The translations under genes and the position numbers were made by a program. A DNA stretch of 64,000 bases from an uncultured Armatimonadetes bacterium (GTDB lineage: Bacteria > Armatimonadota > Fimbriimonadia > Fimbriimonadales > Fimbriimonadaceae). The stretch spans positions 55,105-119,104 of the forward strand of contig CAIYLG010000018.1 in assembly GCA_903927025.1 (NCBI GenBank), given 5' to 3'. The notes below the pieces were generated by a model that did not search any database, was not told the DNA's origin, and worked only from the letters and a program-made list of their open reading frames with translations. This document shows, in pieces, positions 63,488-64,000 of the stretch. Position 1 is the stretch's first letter. The number at the start of each line of letters is the position of its first letter.

Positions 63488-63864
63488 CTAGACCCGAGCA
63501 ATATACTCCGGGACATCTTCAACCGAGAACGCTCCGATGAACGTGCATTGACCACCAACTTCCTTTTGTCTCCCTTCAGCGGGACTCAAAAATCGCTTCG
63601 AAGGTGACAATGGCCAGGGATCAAACACTCCAATGTTGATGACTTCACCTGGAATGTAGTCAACCGCTGTGATGACCATGCAGTGAGTCAAATTGCATAC
63701 CAGGAGAGGTCTACCATTTCTCAGCTCATTCGCGATGAGGTTTTTGTCGATTGCCAATACGCCAGCCCTGCTCTCGTACGCTCCGGTAAGCGTTGCCGGA
63801 ATTTCTTGCCGTTGTCGTCGGTCCACTCCTTGTTGAGCTGAGTGAAATTGGACTCATTGCGGAC
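63488..63864 (-). pseudogene. Truncated, frameshifted remnant of a papain-like (C39/C70-like) cysteine peptidase gene
   Basis: QLNKEWTDDNGKKFR in one frame continues as ATLTGAY...NELRNGRPLL...THCMVITAVDY...VFDPWP after a 1-nt deletion near 63797. There is an upstream stop at 63865-63867 and no catalytic-Cys segment is visible. Confidence 0.55.
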
Positions 63865-64000
63865 TCAGCTCCGATGAGAGTGGCGTTTGGGCAGTCTCCC
63901 TCTTTAGGTCCTATGATCGCAGCTATTGTGGGTATGTGAGTAGCCAGCTTGTTGATTTCGGTGTCGCTTGATAGAATTTACGGACTATGAAGCGGATCAC

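Noticed and set aside
1-64000. CRISPR array, rRNA, tRNA, tmRNA, transposase/integrase
   Set aside because: No regularly spaced direct repeats, cloverleaf or rRNA signatures, or DDE/tyrosine-recombinase motifs were seen by eye.

Overview
Bacterial genomic window, gene-dense, with no rRNA, tRNA, CRISPR array or transposase recognisable by eye. Gene content (a tamB-bamA-skp-skp-lpxD-lpxC outer-membrane cluster with a 3-POTRA BamA, ECF/anti-sigma pairs, STAND ATPases, Ig-like surface repeats) suggests a diderm Terrabacteria lineage such as Armatimonadota; this is inference only. Housekeeping blocks are lipA, the OM/LPS cluster (15.5-26.2 kb) and ppc. Accessory blocks are: an ECF sigma/anti-sigma pair; a WD40-Ig protein; GH32 coupled to an ADP-ribosylglycohydrolase-family gene, followed by a STAND-TPR protein; a STAND-HTH regulator; a TetR-controlled RND pump with two matching operators; a diheme PufC-like cytochrome; a PadR operon; a metal-handling region (VIT1, Met-rich protein, YHS protein, arsRDA with no permease or reductase in the window, MOSC); a transglutaminase-esterase fusion; a redoxin-ECF-ZAS operon; and two regulator/SDR modules. 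Thirteen genes carry a TAnnnT -10 box 5-7 nt before the start codon, which points to widespread leaderless mRNAs. Several start codons from the ORF track were revised on that basis. All product calls rest on motifs read by eye, with no database searches.
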